This document shows positions 44,801 through 55,965 of a DNA stretch of 64,000 bases, one piece after another. Below the pieces are notes generated by a model. The model was given only the letters and a program-made list of their open reading frames with translations. It ran no database searches and was not told where the DNA came from. The position numbers and the translations under genes were made by a program. The stretch is taken from assembly GCA_963804165.1 (NCBI GenBank), contig CAWDPO010000001.1, positions 125,381 to 189,380 of the forward strand, read 5' to 3'. Origin of the DNA: an uncultured delta proteobacterium (lineage in GTDB: Bacteria > Desulfobacterota > Binatia > UBA9968). How positions within the stretch are numbered: position 1 is the stretch's first letter; the number at the start of each line of letters is the position of its first letter.

Positions 44801-45497
44801 GCAGTACGTTGCTCTGAAACAATTGTCTCTGCCGATAGGCGTAGGTGCCATAATGAATCGGCAGCTCGGGAAGGTCGAATTTTCGACTCGTTACAAAGGC
44901 CCGATAAAAGGTTTCTAGCTCGCGCAGAAACAGGCTCATCGACCAACCGTCGCAAACTATCTGATGCAGGACTACCAGCAACACGTGATCGGTGTCGGCG
45001 ACCTGGATCAGTTTCGCTCTGATCAACGGCCCGCGCGCGAGATCGAACGGCGCCGCCGCGTCAGCGTTAAGCGCACGTGACGTCTCGGCCGAGTGCTGCT
45101 GTCTCGACAAACCGCGTAGATCGATCACGGGCAAAGGTATCAACAATTCCGGCGTGACGGTCGCAACCGGTTTTTCGTTTACACTGGGAAACGCCGTGCG
45201 CAGGATTTCATGGCGCCGGACAATCGCATTAATTCCGTTGCCGAGTGCGTGGCGATCTATGCGGCCCTTCAGTCTCCAAGCGCGAGAGATGTGATAGACG
45301 GCGCTCGCGGGATAGAGCTGATCGAGAAACCAGAACCGCTCCTGGGAAAATGACAGCGCGCCTTCGCCCGACATAATTTCCGCAAGCGGCCGGCGGGCGG
45401 GCAGGTCGATCCCATCTTTCTTAAGCAGCCGTGTCAGCAGTTTGCGCCGCGCCATATCCTGTACGCCAAGCGCGCTTCCCGGCTGCCTTTCAGCCAT
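38884..45497 (-). CDS. NRPS 2: C-A(Ala)-T-C-A(Lys2-like)-T (frameshift near 42150)
   Basis: C HQIVCDG, A with code DLFNNALTYK, T LGGHSL, C HHLICDG, A FTSGSTGEPKG / YGATETQRAVGY, T LGGHSL. Confidence 0.9.
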
Positions 45498-47431
45498 CGC
45501 TCTTGGTTCCTTCCGGATTCCGCACGGCGCGCAACACTTCAGCATCCGACATCGCTTCGACTTGAAGGAACACCGCCGCGATCTTCCGCGCTTGTTCTGG
45601 CTGGCTCTCATGATCCATGATGAAACGAGCTAATTCCGCGACGGTCGGCGTCGCGAATAGATTCGTCAGTGGCACTCGGAGCGAAAACAAGCCAGCGATT
45701 TTTGTGACCAGCCGCACCGCGAGCAACGAATCCCCGCCCAGTTGCGTGAAATCGTCGACAATGCCCACGGTGTCAAGATTCAGGACATCGCGCCACATCA
45801 TCACCAGCGCTCTTTCGACGGCGTCGCGCGGCTCGACCAATGTCGTGTCGACACTGCGTTGATTTCTCTCGGGAGCCGGCAAAGCGCTTCGGTCGACTTT
45901 GCCGCCGGCATTCACCGGTAGACTTTGCTGCAGCATGAAGGAATCAGGAATCATGTACGCCGGCAACTTGGATTTCAGTTGCGTTCGTATCCGCTCAACG
46001 TCAAACGCGGTAGCTTTTTTAGGAACGACATAGGCAATCAGCCGGCTGCCCTTCGCTGCGTCCTGCCGGGCCACAACGACAGCCTGACGGATCGAAGGAA
46101 TCTCATTGAGCGCTGCTTCGACCGCGGCAACCTCCACTCGATATCCCTTCACCTTCGCTTGAAGATCTTTTCGCCCGACGTGAAACAAACAACCATCCGG
46201 CAACTGATAGCCGAGATCGCCCGTCAGATAAGTGCGCATCTCGCCTTCTCTAGAATCGGCAAGAAATTTCGCGCGCGTGAGCTCGGGTTGGCACCAGTAT
46301 CCCAAGGCCAAGTAAGGGCTGCGAACGGCGATCTCGCCCATCGTCCCCGCATTTGCCTCGTCCCCATCGTCGTCGAGGATAAGAACCTCATTGCCCTCCA
46401 AAGGATATCCTACGGGAACGTGAGTCACCGTGAATTTTCGTATCCTGGTTCAAGAAAAAATACGAAACCGCCTGCGTCTCGCTGATGCTGTAGCGCGAGA
46501 CAAACAGGCAGTCGTCGGAAAAATGTCTACGGAACAGATCCACGTCGGTTTTGTAAATCGGTTCGCCGCCGATGTGAATCAGCCGAACGGCGGGGAATTT
46601 CTCCGCTCCGCCGACGCCGTTGACCGACTGGCGAAACACGGTCGCCACGCATGTGAACACGCTGATTTCCTCATCGCGCAGCCAATCTCCCAATGTCGCC
46701 AAGCCACCGGCGCCGAGATCGAGAAGGATCAGCGCAGCGCCGTTGAGCAGTGCCAGAAACATATCCCGGGCCGCGCCGACGTTATTGGCGCGCAACAAAC
46801 TGATGCGGTCGGTTGACGCGATATGCAGCGCGTTGGTTTTCGTGCGGATGCCGAACAGCTCGCTGCGATGATTCCACATCACGCCCTTGGGCGCGCCCGT
46901 CGAACCGGAAGTAAAATTGATATAAGCCAACGCATCCGGCGACACCAACAATTCCAGGTTTTCACGGTAGGGATATCGATCGAGAGCGTCGATGTTCAAG
47001 ACCTGCTTAACGTCGCCGGCGATTTCCATGGCAGCATCGAAGTTATTTTCGTCAGACAGCACGAGACAGCCACCGAGTGTCGCCAAAATCTCCTGAAGTT
47101 TAATCTTGGGCAGCTGGGGGTTCAGCGGCACAAACGCCTTTCCGGCTTTCAACGCGCCAAGAATAGCGACGACCATGGGCGTGCCGGCGTTGCAGAGAAT
47201 CGCGATCCGGTGCGCCTCGGTTCCGCCGTGGCCCGAGATCGCGTGTGCGACGCCGTTAGCCAAAGCGTTGAGCTCGCTATAAGTAAGCGACTGCTTCCCG
47301 GCCTTTACTGCGAGGCGTTCAGGATACCGTCGTGCCTGAAGTTCGAAACGTTGCGCAATCGTTTGGTCAATATCCGCAAGGGGAAATTCGACGAAGGGAT
47401 TAGTCGGGAACAAGGCTCGGCTGGAGATCAT
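45490..47431 (-). CDS. NRPS 1: starter A-T didomain (frameshift near 46420)
   Basis: FTSGSTGAPKG, GEIAVRSPYLALGYW, TGDLG, GKVDR, T LGGDSL. The A4 region lacks the amino-binding Asp. Confidence 0.88.
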
Positions 47432-47485
47432 GGACGCATTATTGCGGTCGGGAAACTTGCATCCGGTTGGGATTGTTTCCGTGAT

Positions 47486-50400
47486 TCAATCGGACAAGGT
47501 CTTGAGGGCGGCCTCCGCGCGATCTTTCCACCTTGTCATCGCCATTTCGCTATATTGCTCACGCGCCGCGGCTATTTCGATACGCGCTTGATCGAGCGCG
47601 CCGCGGGCCGCGTGAGCCGAGCCGAGACCCATCTGACAATGTGCCATGAGCGGACGCATGCCCATTTCTTCGCTGAGCGCCAGGGCCTGACCAAAGCGTG
47701 CTTCGGCGCCCGACGGATCGCGCCGGCTTTCGTGCGATGAAATATCGCCGAGCAACTTGAGCGCCCAGGCTTGATGGCCCGCGTTCCTTGTACTGCAGTG
47801 CAAGATCAAGGGCGCGCTCGGCCATCTCGCTTGCCTCCTCGGTACGGCCGGAGAACAAATATCCCTCGCCGAGCGATGCCGTGCTCATCGCCAGAAAGGC
47901 AGCGCGGCCGCCGGGTGCGTACTGCCGGCGCCTTGCTCCAAATACGGAATGGCCTCCGAGACTCGCCCGGAGTGAGCATAGGCGCATCCGAGGCGTGATG
48001 CGACGAACGGCACATAGACCGGGATGTTGAGCTGAAGCGCAAAGTTCGAGTGCTCTTTCGAGCACGGGTATCGCCTTGTCCAAATCGCCTTTCAGCAAAT
48101 GCATCATTCCGACACTACACTTCATGTGGATCAGGCTCGTCGCATGCTCGACTTCTTCGCCGATGCGCACCCCTTCTTCGCCGAATCCGATCGCTTCGGC
48201 GAAACGGCCCATGGCGGCGAGACATTGAACGAGATGGCTGCGGCAGATCACTGATAACACCGCTGCAGTTCCAAAGCGTTCACGGCGATGTTCCGCGCCG
48301 AGGTTTTTCAGTCCCTGGGTCAACGATTCGATCGCCTGAGCATATTGGCCGGTCTTGTTATAAGCCGCGCCCAAGTAGTAGTAAGTCACAGTGCTCGAAG
48401 CGAGATCGCTCTGCACGACGCCGAGTCGGAGCGCGCGCTGGCCGATCTCGATGGCCCGCTCCGGGTCACCGGCCAGGCCGTAATAACTGTTCAGAAAATT
48501 CAGCACCCGGGCAAAGCGTGGTTCATCACCGAGTTGCTCCGCCAATGCTTCCGCGGCGTGCAGGTGTGCCGCGACACTCTTTAAGTCCCCGAGCAAGAAC
48601 AACACGTTTCGCGCGTCGAGGTGAAGGTCGATTTCTTCCGCGAGCCTTCGCCGGCGAGTCGGCCTGATGAGTCAACGCGACCAGCGCGTTCTGGTAATCA
48701 GCCAGGGCCTCCAGGAATGCCGAACGCGACATCGCTTTGGCGCCGGCTTGACGCAAATAACGAACCGCTGAACCCCACAGCTCGCCTTGAAAAGCATGAT
48801 GCGCGAGAGCTTCGAGATGATCGTATACATCGTCGCCGGCGATCGTCTCCAGCGCCTGAACGATGCTTCCGTGGAGCGCAGACCTGCGCTCATGCAGCAG
48901 CGCGCCATAGACGACTTCGTTGGTGAGCGCATGCTTGAAACTGTACTCCAAGTCGGGAAATAAATTGCTCTCAAAGAGAAATTCCGCCGCTTGCAGATTG
49001 GACAAATACCGTTGCAGATCCTCTTCCGGCAGCTCGGTCACGACTTGTAGCAAACGCAGCGGCACAACCACGCCGACCACCGCCGCGGTCTGGAGCAATT
49101 GTTTTTCCGCGGCGGGCAGGCGATCGACGCGATCGGCAAGCACTGTCCGCACCGTGCCCGGGACGCGAATGCTGTCGATCGCCGCTCCCAGGGAATACGC
49201 GCCTGGGGAACCGACCAACGCACCCGTCTCGACCAACGAGCGAACGATTTCTTCGATGAAAAACGGATTGCCCTCCGTGCGTTTAATTAGCAGTTCGCGG
49301 AGCGATGATAGCTCTGGGTGGTTGCCAACCAGCGACGCGAGCAATTCGTCGGCGCCGGCGGGCGAGAGAGGGTCCAGCCGCACACGAGTATAATATTCCT
49401 TGTTGGCCCAAGTATGCGTATAACCCGGTCGATAATTGACCAGGAGCAGGACCTGCGCCTGGTCAAGGCTTTCAACAAGGGCATCGAGAAATGATTGCGT
49501 CTCGCTGTCGATCCAATGCAGATCCTCGAAAACGACCAGCAGGGGTTTTTCCCGGCCCTCGCGCAGCAACAGGCGGACAAGCGCTTCAAAGGTCTGGGGC
49601 CGTTTTTCCTGCGGTTCCATGTCCTGGAAATTTACCATCGCCTCGAGAATCGCCGGCTGGTCATGCATAGAAGTTTCGGTCAGATCGTTTGCCGGCAACA
49701 ACGGCAGAGCGTCCAACAGCGCTAAAAGCGGCGGCACCGTGTCGCCCAGCGTTGGATCGAGCTCCAAGACTCGCGCCACGACTTTCGTCCTAACGCTGCG
49801 GACGTCTTCACCGGGGCCGACGGCAAAATAGCGCCGCAATAAGTCGACCACCGGAAAGTACGGCGACGCTTTGCCGTACGAAACCGAGAACGCTTGCATG
49901 ATCTGCCAGCCGGACGGCAGGTGATTTTCGATATACTCCCGAAAGAGCCGCGACTTTCCCATGCCGGCTTCGCCGACCAGCGCAAGGACTCGCCCGCTCC
50001 TGGAATCGGCTTCAGCCGTGCAGCGCCGGAACGCGTCGATTTCCCCCTGTCGGCCGACAAAGGTGGAGAGCCCACGCGATGCCTGAGCCTGCAAACGGTT
50101 CTTCGCCGTAGTCGCGCCGAGCAGCTCGAACGCCTGCACCGCATTGGAAAATCCTTTTAATGCTTGCGCGCCGAGCGAACGCACCTCGACGAATCCTTCG
50201 ACCTCACGCAGGGTCTCGGCGGTCAGCAAGATCGACCCCGCGCCGGCCAGCGATTCCATCCGCGCCGCCAAGTGGGTCGTCTGCCCCAGCGCGGCATAGT
50301 CGATATTGAGGTCATTGGTGATCGACCGGACGACCACTTCGCCGGAATTGATGCCGATGCCGATTTTCATCCGATCCGCCGCGTTTTCCGTGAAGCGGCG

Positions 50401-50907
50401 CATTTCTTCCTGCATCGCGAGAGCGGCGTAGCAGGCGCGCAGTGCGTGGTCCTCATGAGTCAGCGGCGCGCCGAAGAGAGCCATGACACCGTCGCCGAGA
50501 ACCTGATTGACCGTGCCTTCGTAGCGGTGCACGGCATCCATCATGATGTGCAGGATCGGATCGAAGTGCTTTCGCACCTCCTCGGGATCGAGCTTTTCAA
50601 TCACGCTGGTGGAGCCGCGGATGTCGGCAAACAAGACCGTAACTTGTTTTCGTTCCCCTTCAATGAACCTTCGCGACGCCAGGATTTTTTCCGCCAGATG
50701 TTTCGGGACAACGGATTTCCCCGACGATGCCGCGGCAGTCTTCTCGACCCCTGGAGCACCAACGCGCTGACCACACTTCTTGCAAAACTTTGCGCTCGGC
50801 CGGTTCGACTCGCCACAGTGATCGCAGATCACGTCGATCGCGGCGCCGCACTCGTCGCAAAAGCTCGCGTCGTTGGCGTTAACCGCCTGGCAGTGGGAAC
50901 AGTTCAT
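47486..50907 (-). CDS. Zinc ribbon-class III adenylate/guanylate cyclase-AAA ATPase-TPR protein (frameshifted)
   Basis: Double zinc ribbon CxxC, VLFADIRGST, LGDGVMALFG, GINSGEV, HLAARME, GEAGMGKS, FEDLHWID, TEGNPFFIEE, C-terminal TPR-like helices. Confidence 0.9.
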
Positions 50908-50988
50908 AGGTCAAATCTGGGCTTCTTGTTTCGTCGACGCTACTCTGAGAATCGCGGGGAAGTAATTCGTCGTGACTCGGTCATGCGG

Positions 50989-52154
50989 CTACTGCCGCGC
51001 TCGGTTCAATTGGAAAAACTTGGCCGCATTGCCGCCAAGAAGTCCATTCCTTTCGTCTTCTGGCAGTCCAGCGCAAATATCGTCAGTGACGCGCCGCGAA
51101 TTCGGCCAGTCGCCGGCGGAGTGGGGAAATCGTTGCCCCACATGATCTTGTCGACGCCGATCATCATAGCGCAGCCGCAATACCGATGCGGTCGTAAATA
51201 AATCCCCAGCAAAAATGCTCGCGAAAATATTGCGCTCGGCTCTTTGCCTAAGTGGCTTTAATCCAAAGTAGCGCTCCATCCAATGTTTGCTGCGTTTATA
51301 CACGTCGTCGAGCTGATCGTAGTAATAAGGCAGCCAGCCGATCTGGGTTTCCGCCCAATAGATTTTCAATTTGGGAAAGCGGTCGAAGACGCCGGAAAGC
51401 AACAACTGCACGGCATTGAGCCCGCTATTGCCGCCGAAACGCGTCAGCACCCGGATCGGATCGCCACCGAATGCGACCTCGCCTGGATTCTTTGTCGTAT
51501 TTGAAAAGCGGCCCGTCGGGCAGTTGCATCGCCACATGCACCGACAGCGGCATATTCAAATCCATCGCCGCCGCGTAGAATCGATCGTCCTCCGTCGATG
51601 GGATAGGAATTGCCACTCGGAAACGTGTTGAGCATCATGCCTTTCAGTCCGGCCTTGGCGCAGTACTCCAATTCTCTTACCGCAGCATCGACGGAATGAG
51701 TCGGCATCGCGCCCAACGCCAATCAACCGGTCGCGGTTCGCTGCGCAGTATTCTTCGGCCAGGAATGTATTGTAGGCGTGAAGCGTTGCCAGATAGGCGT
51801 CGTCATTTTTGATGCCGCGCCAAAAACTCAGGTTGCCGGCCGAAGTGTAAAGAATCTCGCCGTCGACGCCGTCCTTGATCCTGTTCTTTAAGCCGTTGTT
51901 CCGGCGAGCCGGCCCCTTCCGAACCTTCGTAGTTAACCCCCCTAAGCTCATGCCGCTCATAGGGCTTCCCGGCAATCGCGAGACCCGACCACATAAAGCG
52001 GCCGCCCTTCGACAATGATGCCGTCGCCGCCGTTGGCGAGTTTGACCAACCGTGGCGCCCGGTCGCGATACTTCGCCGGCACGCGATCAGTCCAACGCGA
52101 CGGTGAAATTTCTAAATGTGAATCGGCGGAGAACAAACGATACTTACTGGCCAT
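50989..52154 (-). CDS. Amidohydrolase family protein (amidohydro_2-like; frameshifted)
   Basis: SADSHL, GVDGEILY, SVHV, GVFDRFPKLKIYWAETQIGW, IMWGNDFPH. Confidence 0.85.
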
Positions 52155-52221
52155 GATCTAACTCCTTCTAGATTTGACTAAAATCTTCAATCGTTCCAAC
52201 CTTGAATTTTGAACGACATAT

Positions 52222-53409
52222 TCACCGCGGCGTCTGCAACCACTTCTCCGGCTCCAGCCCCGGCCGGTCTTTATACTTCTCGGCGATCGCGCGCACTTTC
52301 GGATGATCCGCCGCGGTAATTCTCCCGTCCTTGTAGACGTAGTTCTCGCCGATCTTAAGATTGCCGCCGCGCAGTTCTGCCGAGATATGCATCAAGTAGG
52401 GAAACGTCTTGCTGCGCCGGCTGTTGCCCATATGAAAGTGAAAACTGCTCCAGTGATGGTGCTCGATGAAGTGGCGGTACGGCGCGTTGGGGCACTGGTG
52501 CGGCTCGAGGATCGCCGACGGATGGACGCCGCCGTGAAAACCGCGCACTTCGTAGGCCGCGTCGCCTAAATATTTTGAAATGAATTGGTAGAAGCGCGTC
52601 AGCGTCTCGGCTTCGGCGCCGCCTTCGAATTTTTTGATCTGGCCTTTTTCGATGAACACTTTCACCGGCTGTTTGAACGGACAAGGCACGCCGATATGGC
52701 GCGCCCAGATCACGCCGATCTCGTTGATGATGCCGACGCCCTCGGCGTCGCGCGCGCTAATCGACGACCAGACGCCTTCGGGAAATGGCCGGTAGACGCC
52801 GATGTCGCGGTAGTGCGCGTAGTCATCCATGTCTTCCGGCTTTACCACATAACCTTCGATGTGCGAACCGTTGGGATGGGTCATCACCCACTTGGCGCCC
52901 GGCACCGCCAGCGCATTAGCTTGGATCCGGATCTCAGAGACCAATTCGTAAGGCGTCAAGCCCCAGTTGCTCGTCAGCAGCGAGCCGGTCGTCGCCATGT
53001 TGCGCGCGTATGGTGATATTGTGCTCTTCGAGAATGTCCGCGGTCTCGCGCAGCTCTTCTTCGAAGGTCAGATCGACGGCGTTGCTGATGATGCAGTCGG
53101 CGCCCTTCATGGCGGCGGCGACAATCTTCGGCACGCGCCACGCTTTGCCGGGATCGGCGCCCTCGCCCCAAAGCACCATCGGCCGATAAGGAATATCGCA
53201 CCACACCACCGTCGCATCAGCGCCGCGCTGGACGATCGCCGATGCAGCCACGAGATGGTTTCCGAGTCGACGATATTGACGCCGCCATACATGCCGTCGT
53301 TGCCGGCAACCAGCAGCACATTCATCCCCGGCTTCACCTTGGCGCAGTTGTCGACCATGTCGCCGACGGCGATCGCCGCCTGTTTGGGAATCAACGGCAC
53401 AGAGCTCAT
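52222..53409 (-). CDS. M29 aminopeptidase-fold / NicX-like metalloenzyme (frameshifted)
   Basis: CAKVKPGMNVLLV, THPNGS, PFPEG, GFHGGVHP, FHFHMG. The fold call is moderate and the exact reaction is unknown. Confidence 0.55.
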
Positions 53410-53429
53410 AGGTTTCTCCATCCAAGTTT

Positions 53430-53508
53430 GTTCAAATGTTCAAGGTTCAAAAGTTCAAGGTCAGACTCGAACTCGAACCTTGAACTTTGAACTCTTGAAC
53501 CCTTGAAC
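53430..53508. repeat. Palindromic heptamer/octamer repeat element
   Basis: Four GTTCAA units followed by four inverted TTGAAC units, forming an imperfect hairpin in the intergenic space. Confidence 0.8.
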
Positions 53509-53521
53509 TGAGCCAAATAAC

Positions 53522-54496
53522 TTATGACGCCGCTTTCGCCTGCCCTCGCTCGCCTCGACCAACGGCCGATACTTGGCGCACAGCGCCTTCCAGCCCTCGG
53601 CCTTTTTCTTCGCGCGCTCGATCGGCGGTATCGGAAAATTTCACGATCGGCGTGCGCGCCGGACCTGGATTGACATAGCCGGCGAATTCAATGGGCAACT
53701 TCGCCGTCGCGCCTTCGTTGCCGCCTGGCCGCTCGCCGCCGGCGGCAGCCATGATTTCGCTGATGACTTGCAACGCTTCTTGATCCTTTCCCGCGCGCAC
53801 CAGATTTCGCAGATGTAGCACCGGCCACGGCCCCATCCAGGCGTCGATCGACCAGCAGCCCGCCGAGCCCATCCGGTAGTAGGGAAACATCTGCGCCTGA
53901 TTGGTCATCACGCTGATCTTGCCGCGGATGATTTCCATCAGCCGGAGAAACTCGCGCGTGTCGCGATGGCTGTCTTTCATGCCGACGATGTTCGGACATT
54001 TGACCAGTCGCGGAAACACCGACACCGGAATTTTGACTTTGTGATTGACCGGATTGTGGTAGATCAGAAAGCGCCAGCTTGGGAAACATCTCGGCGATCT
54101 GGGTGTAGAAGTCCGCCATGTATTCCGGCGACTGCGCGTCGTAATACGGCACGCCGAGCAGCGTGCCATCGCCGCCGATGTCTTGGACGAATTTCAACCG
54201 CTCGACGACTTCGCGCGCGTTCGGGCTGGTTGCGCCGATGAACAACGGCACGCGCTTTTTCACCGCGTCGACGGCTGCCGCCGCCAGAGTCTTGTACTCG
54301 TCCCAATCAGGTTGTAACACTCGCCAAAACTTCCCGTCGTGGTAATTACATCGATGCCGTCGTTGATCATCCTGTCGACGCCGGCTTTGAGATTATCGAC
54401 GTCGATGGTGTTCTTCGGCCTCAGATCGCCGGCATCTTTGGTTGAAAACGACGGCATCATCGCCATCACGCCTTGCACATCTTTCGCCGTAACCAT
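53522..54496 (-). CDS. DHDPS-family hydratase-aldolase (NahE/PhdJ-like; frameshifted)
   Basis: MVTAKDVQGVMAMMPSFST...TIDVD...TTGSFGECYNL, IYHNP, Schiff-base GMKDS, MGPWP. Resembles the NahE N-terminus. Confidence 0.75.
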
Positions 54497-54615
54497 AACG
54501 AACCTCCTTAAAATTGGCGAATATTTTCTAAACTCATAGCTGGAAACAGTTGCGATTGTAAAGCCTAGTGTAACTCTTACCCATAGTTTTGCCAAGAATG
54601 GCAGGGAGAAATTAC

Positions 54616-55613
54616 GGGGTCAGACTTCTACGACTCAACTATCTCGTTCAGCCGCTCGATCTCCCGTCTGGCCGTATCATTTGCTTGCACCCGATCGCTC
54701 AGCCGTGCGAGCAAGGTCGCGAGTGTCGCCATGTCTCTGCCAAAATAGGCCGCCACATCGCTTAACCGATAGCCAAGTCTCCGAACCAATACGTACGCCG
54801 CTATCGTGCGCGCTTTCGATATCGCCCAACCCCGATCCCGACTACGCAGCGCTTGGACATCAATTTTCAATAGCTTCGCCAGCTCTCTCGCCACCGTCTC
54901 GATGGACCGCCGGGTGCGCCTTTTGCCCGACAAGCCCGTTTCCTTCTTCAGCAACCTTTCTCCGAACCCTTCCGCGCCTAGAAATCTCTGGTCCTCCACC
55001 GCATAGTATTCCTCCTTATGCCCTTCGCTCAAACCGTCTTGAACAAACCTTCGATAGGCCTGTTTCCCTCCCAACATCGATAGAACTGTCGCCGGATCTA
55101 TGGTTTCCGTAGCCTTCCCCTGCAGATAAACGTGATCCCCCGAGTACCGATAGCGCTCCGGACTTCTTACCATGCCGGCGCGCACCGGGTTGAGATGAAT
55201 ATAACGGATCAGCTGAAGGAGATACTCGTCTTTCTGGCAAAGGATTGCTTTGTAGCGCCCTTCAAACACGTGTCCGGTCTTGCGATGTTTACGATTGAAA
55301 TATTGGCTGTAGGATTGTTGCAGCCCTTGCATGAATTTCGCCAGTGGCTGTTCGGAGCTTTCAACGAGCAGATGGACATGGTTGGGCATCAGGCAGTAGG
55401 CGTGCAACACATAGTCATATTTCTTGCGGTACCGTGCCAGCCGTTCAATATAGGCCTGATAATCACTTTCCGCAGTGAAGGTCTTCTGCCGCTGGTTGCC
55501 GCGTACAATCACGTGATAGAGAACCCCCGCGGCAAATAGTCGTGGCCGGCGCGCCATGATGCAAGTCCATATCAAGGTGAATCGAGATAGTCAATTTATA
55601 GAAGTCTGACCCC
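54616..55613. mobile_element. RAYT element bounded by perfect 15-bp inverted repeats
   Basis: GGGGTCAGACTTCTA (54616-54630, includes the stop codon) and TAGAAGTCTGACCCC (55599-55613). Confidence 0.75.
54628..55557 (-). CDS. REP-associated tyrosine (Y1 HUH) transposase with C-terminal HTH
   Basis: MARRPR...YHVIVRGNQRQ, AYCLMPNHVHLL (HUH), GHVFEGRY, YIHLNPVRAG. Confidence 0.92.
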   Translation of the reverse strand: MARRPRLFAAGVLYHVIVRGNQRQKTFTAESDYQAYIERLARYRKKYDYVLHAYCLMPNHVHLLVESSEQPLAKFMQGLQQSYSQYFNRKHRKTGHVFEGRYKAILCQKDEYLLQLIRYIHLNPVRAGMVRSPERYRYSGDHVYLQGKATETIDPATVLSMLGGKQAYRRFVQDGLSEGHKEEYYAVEDQRFLGAEGFGERLLKKETGLSGKRRTRRSIETVARELAKLLKIDVQALRSRDRGWAISKARTIAAYVLVRRLGYRLSDVAAYFGRDMATLATLLARLSDRVQANDTARREIERLNEIVES

Positions 55614-55644
55614 ATAGCTTCCCCTGACCCCCATAGCTTCCCCC

Positions 55645-55896
55645 TCGCTGCGTCTTCCCGGTCCACCAAAGGCCTTTGCTCCGCGTTTGCCCAACTGCTC
55701 CTTCCACTTGTAAAGCTGATTGCGCCGTACGCCTAGTTGCCGGGCAACTTCAGACGATGGCTTCTCCGAACTTTCCATCAGCCGCACTGCTTCTCGCTTG
55801 AACTCTGATGTGTATTTCTTCCGCTTGGTCATCGAACACCTCCTTAAAGGTTATTTGTCCCTTATCTAAGGTGTCCGTCAAACCGGGGTTAACTCA
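55645..55896 (-). mobile_element. Truncated IS3-family element (left end plus partial orfA)
   Basis: Left end TGAGTTAACCCCGGTTTGACGGACACC. OrfA MTKRKKYTSEFKREAVRL...VARQLGV...LYKWK. No orfB. Confidence 0.85.
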
Positions 55897-55965
55897 GTCT
55901 GACCCAAGAATTGTGTGACCCCAAGAATTTGATCCTTTGGTCCGACCCGGAGTATGGGCGGGCCC

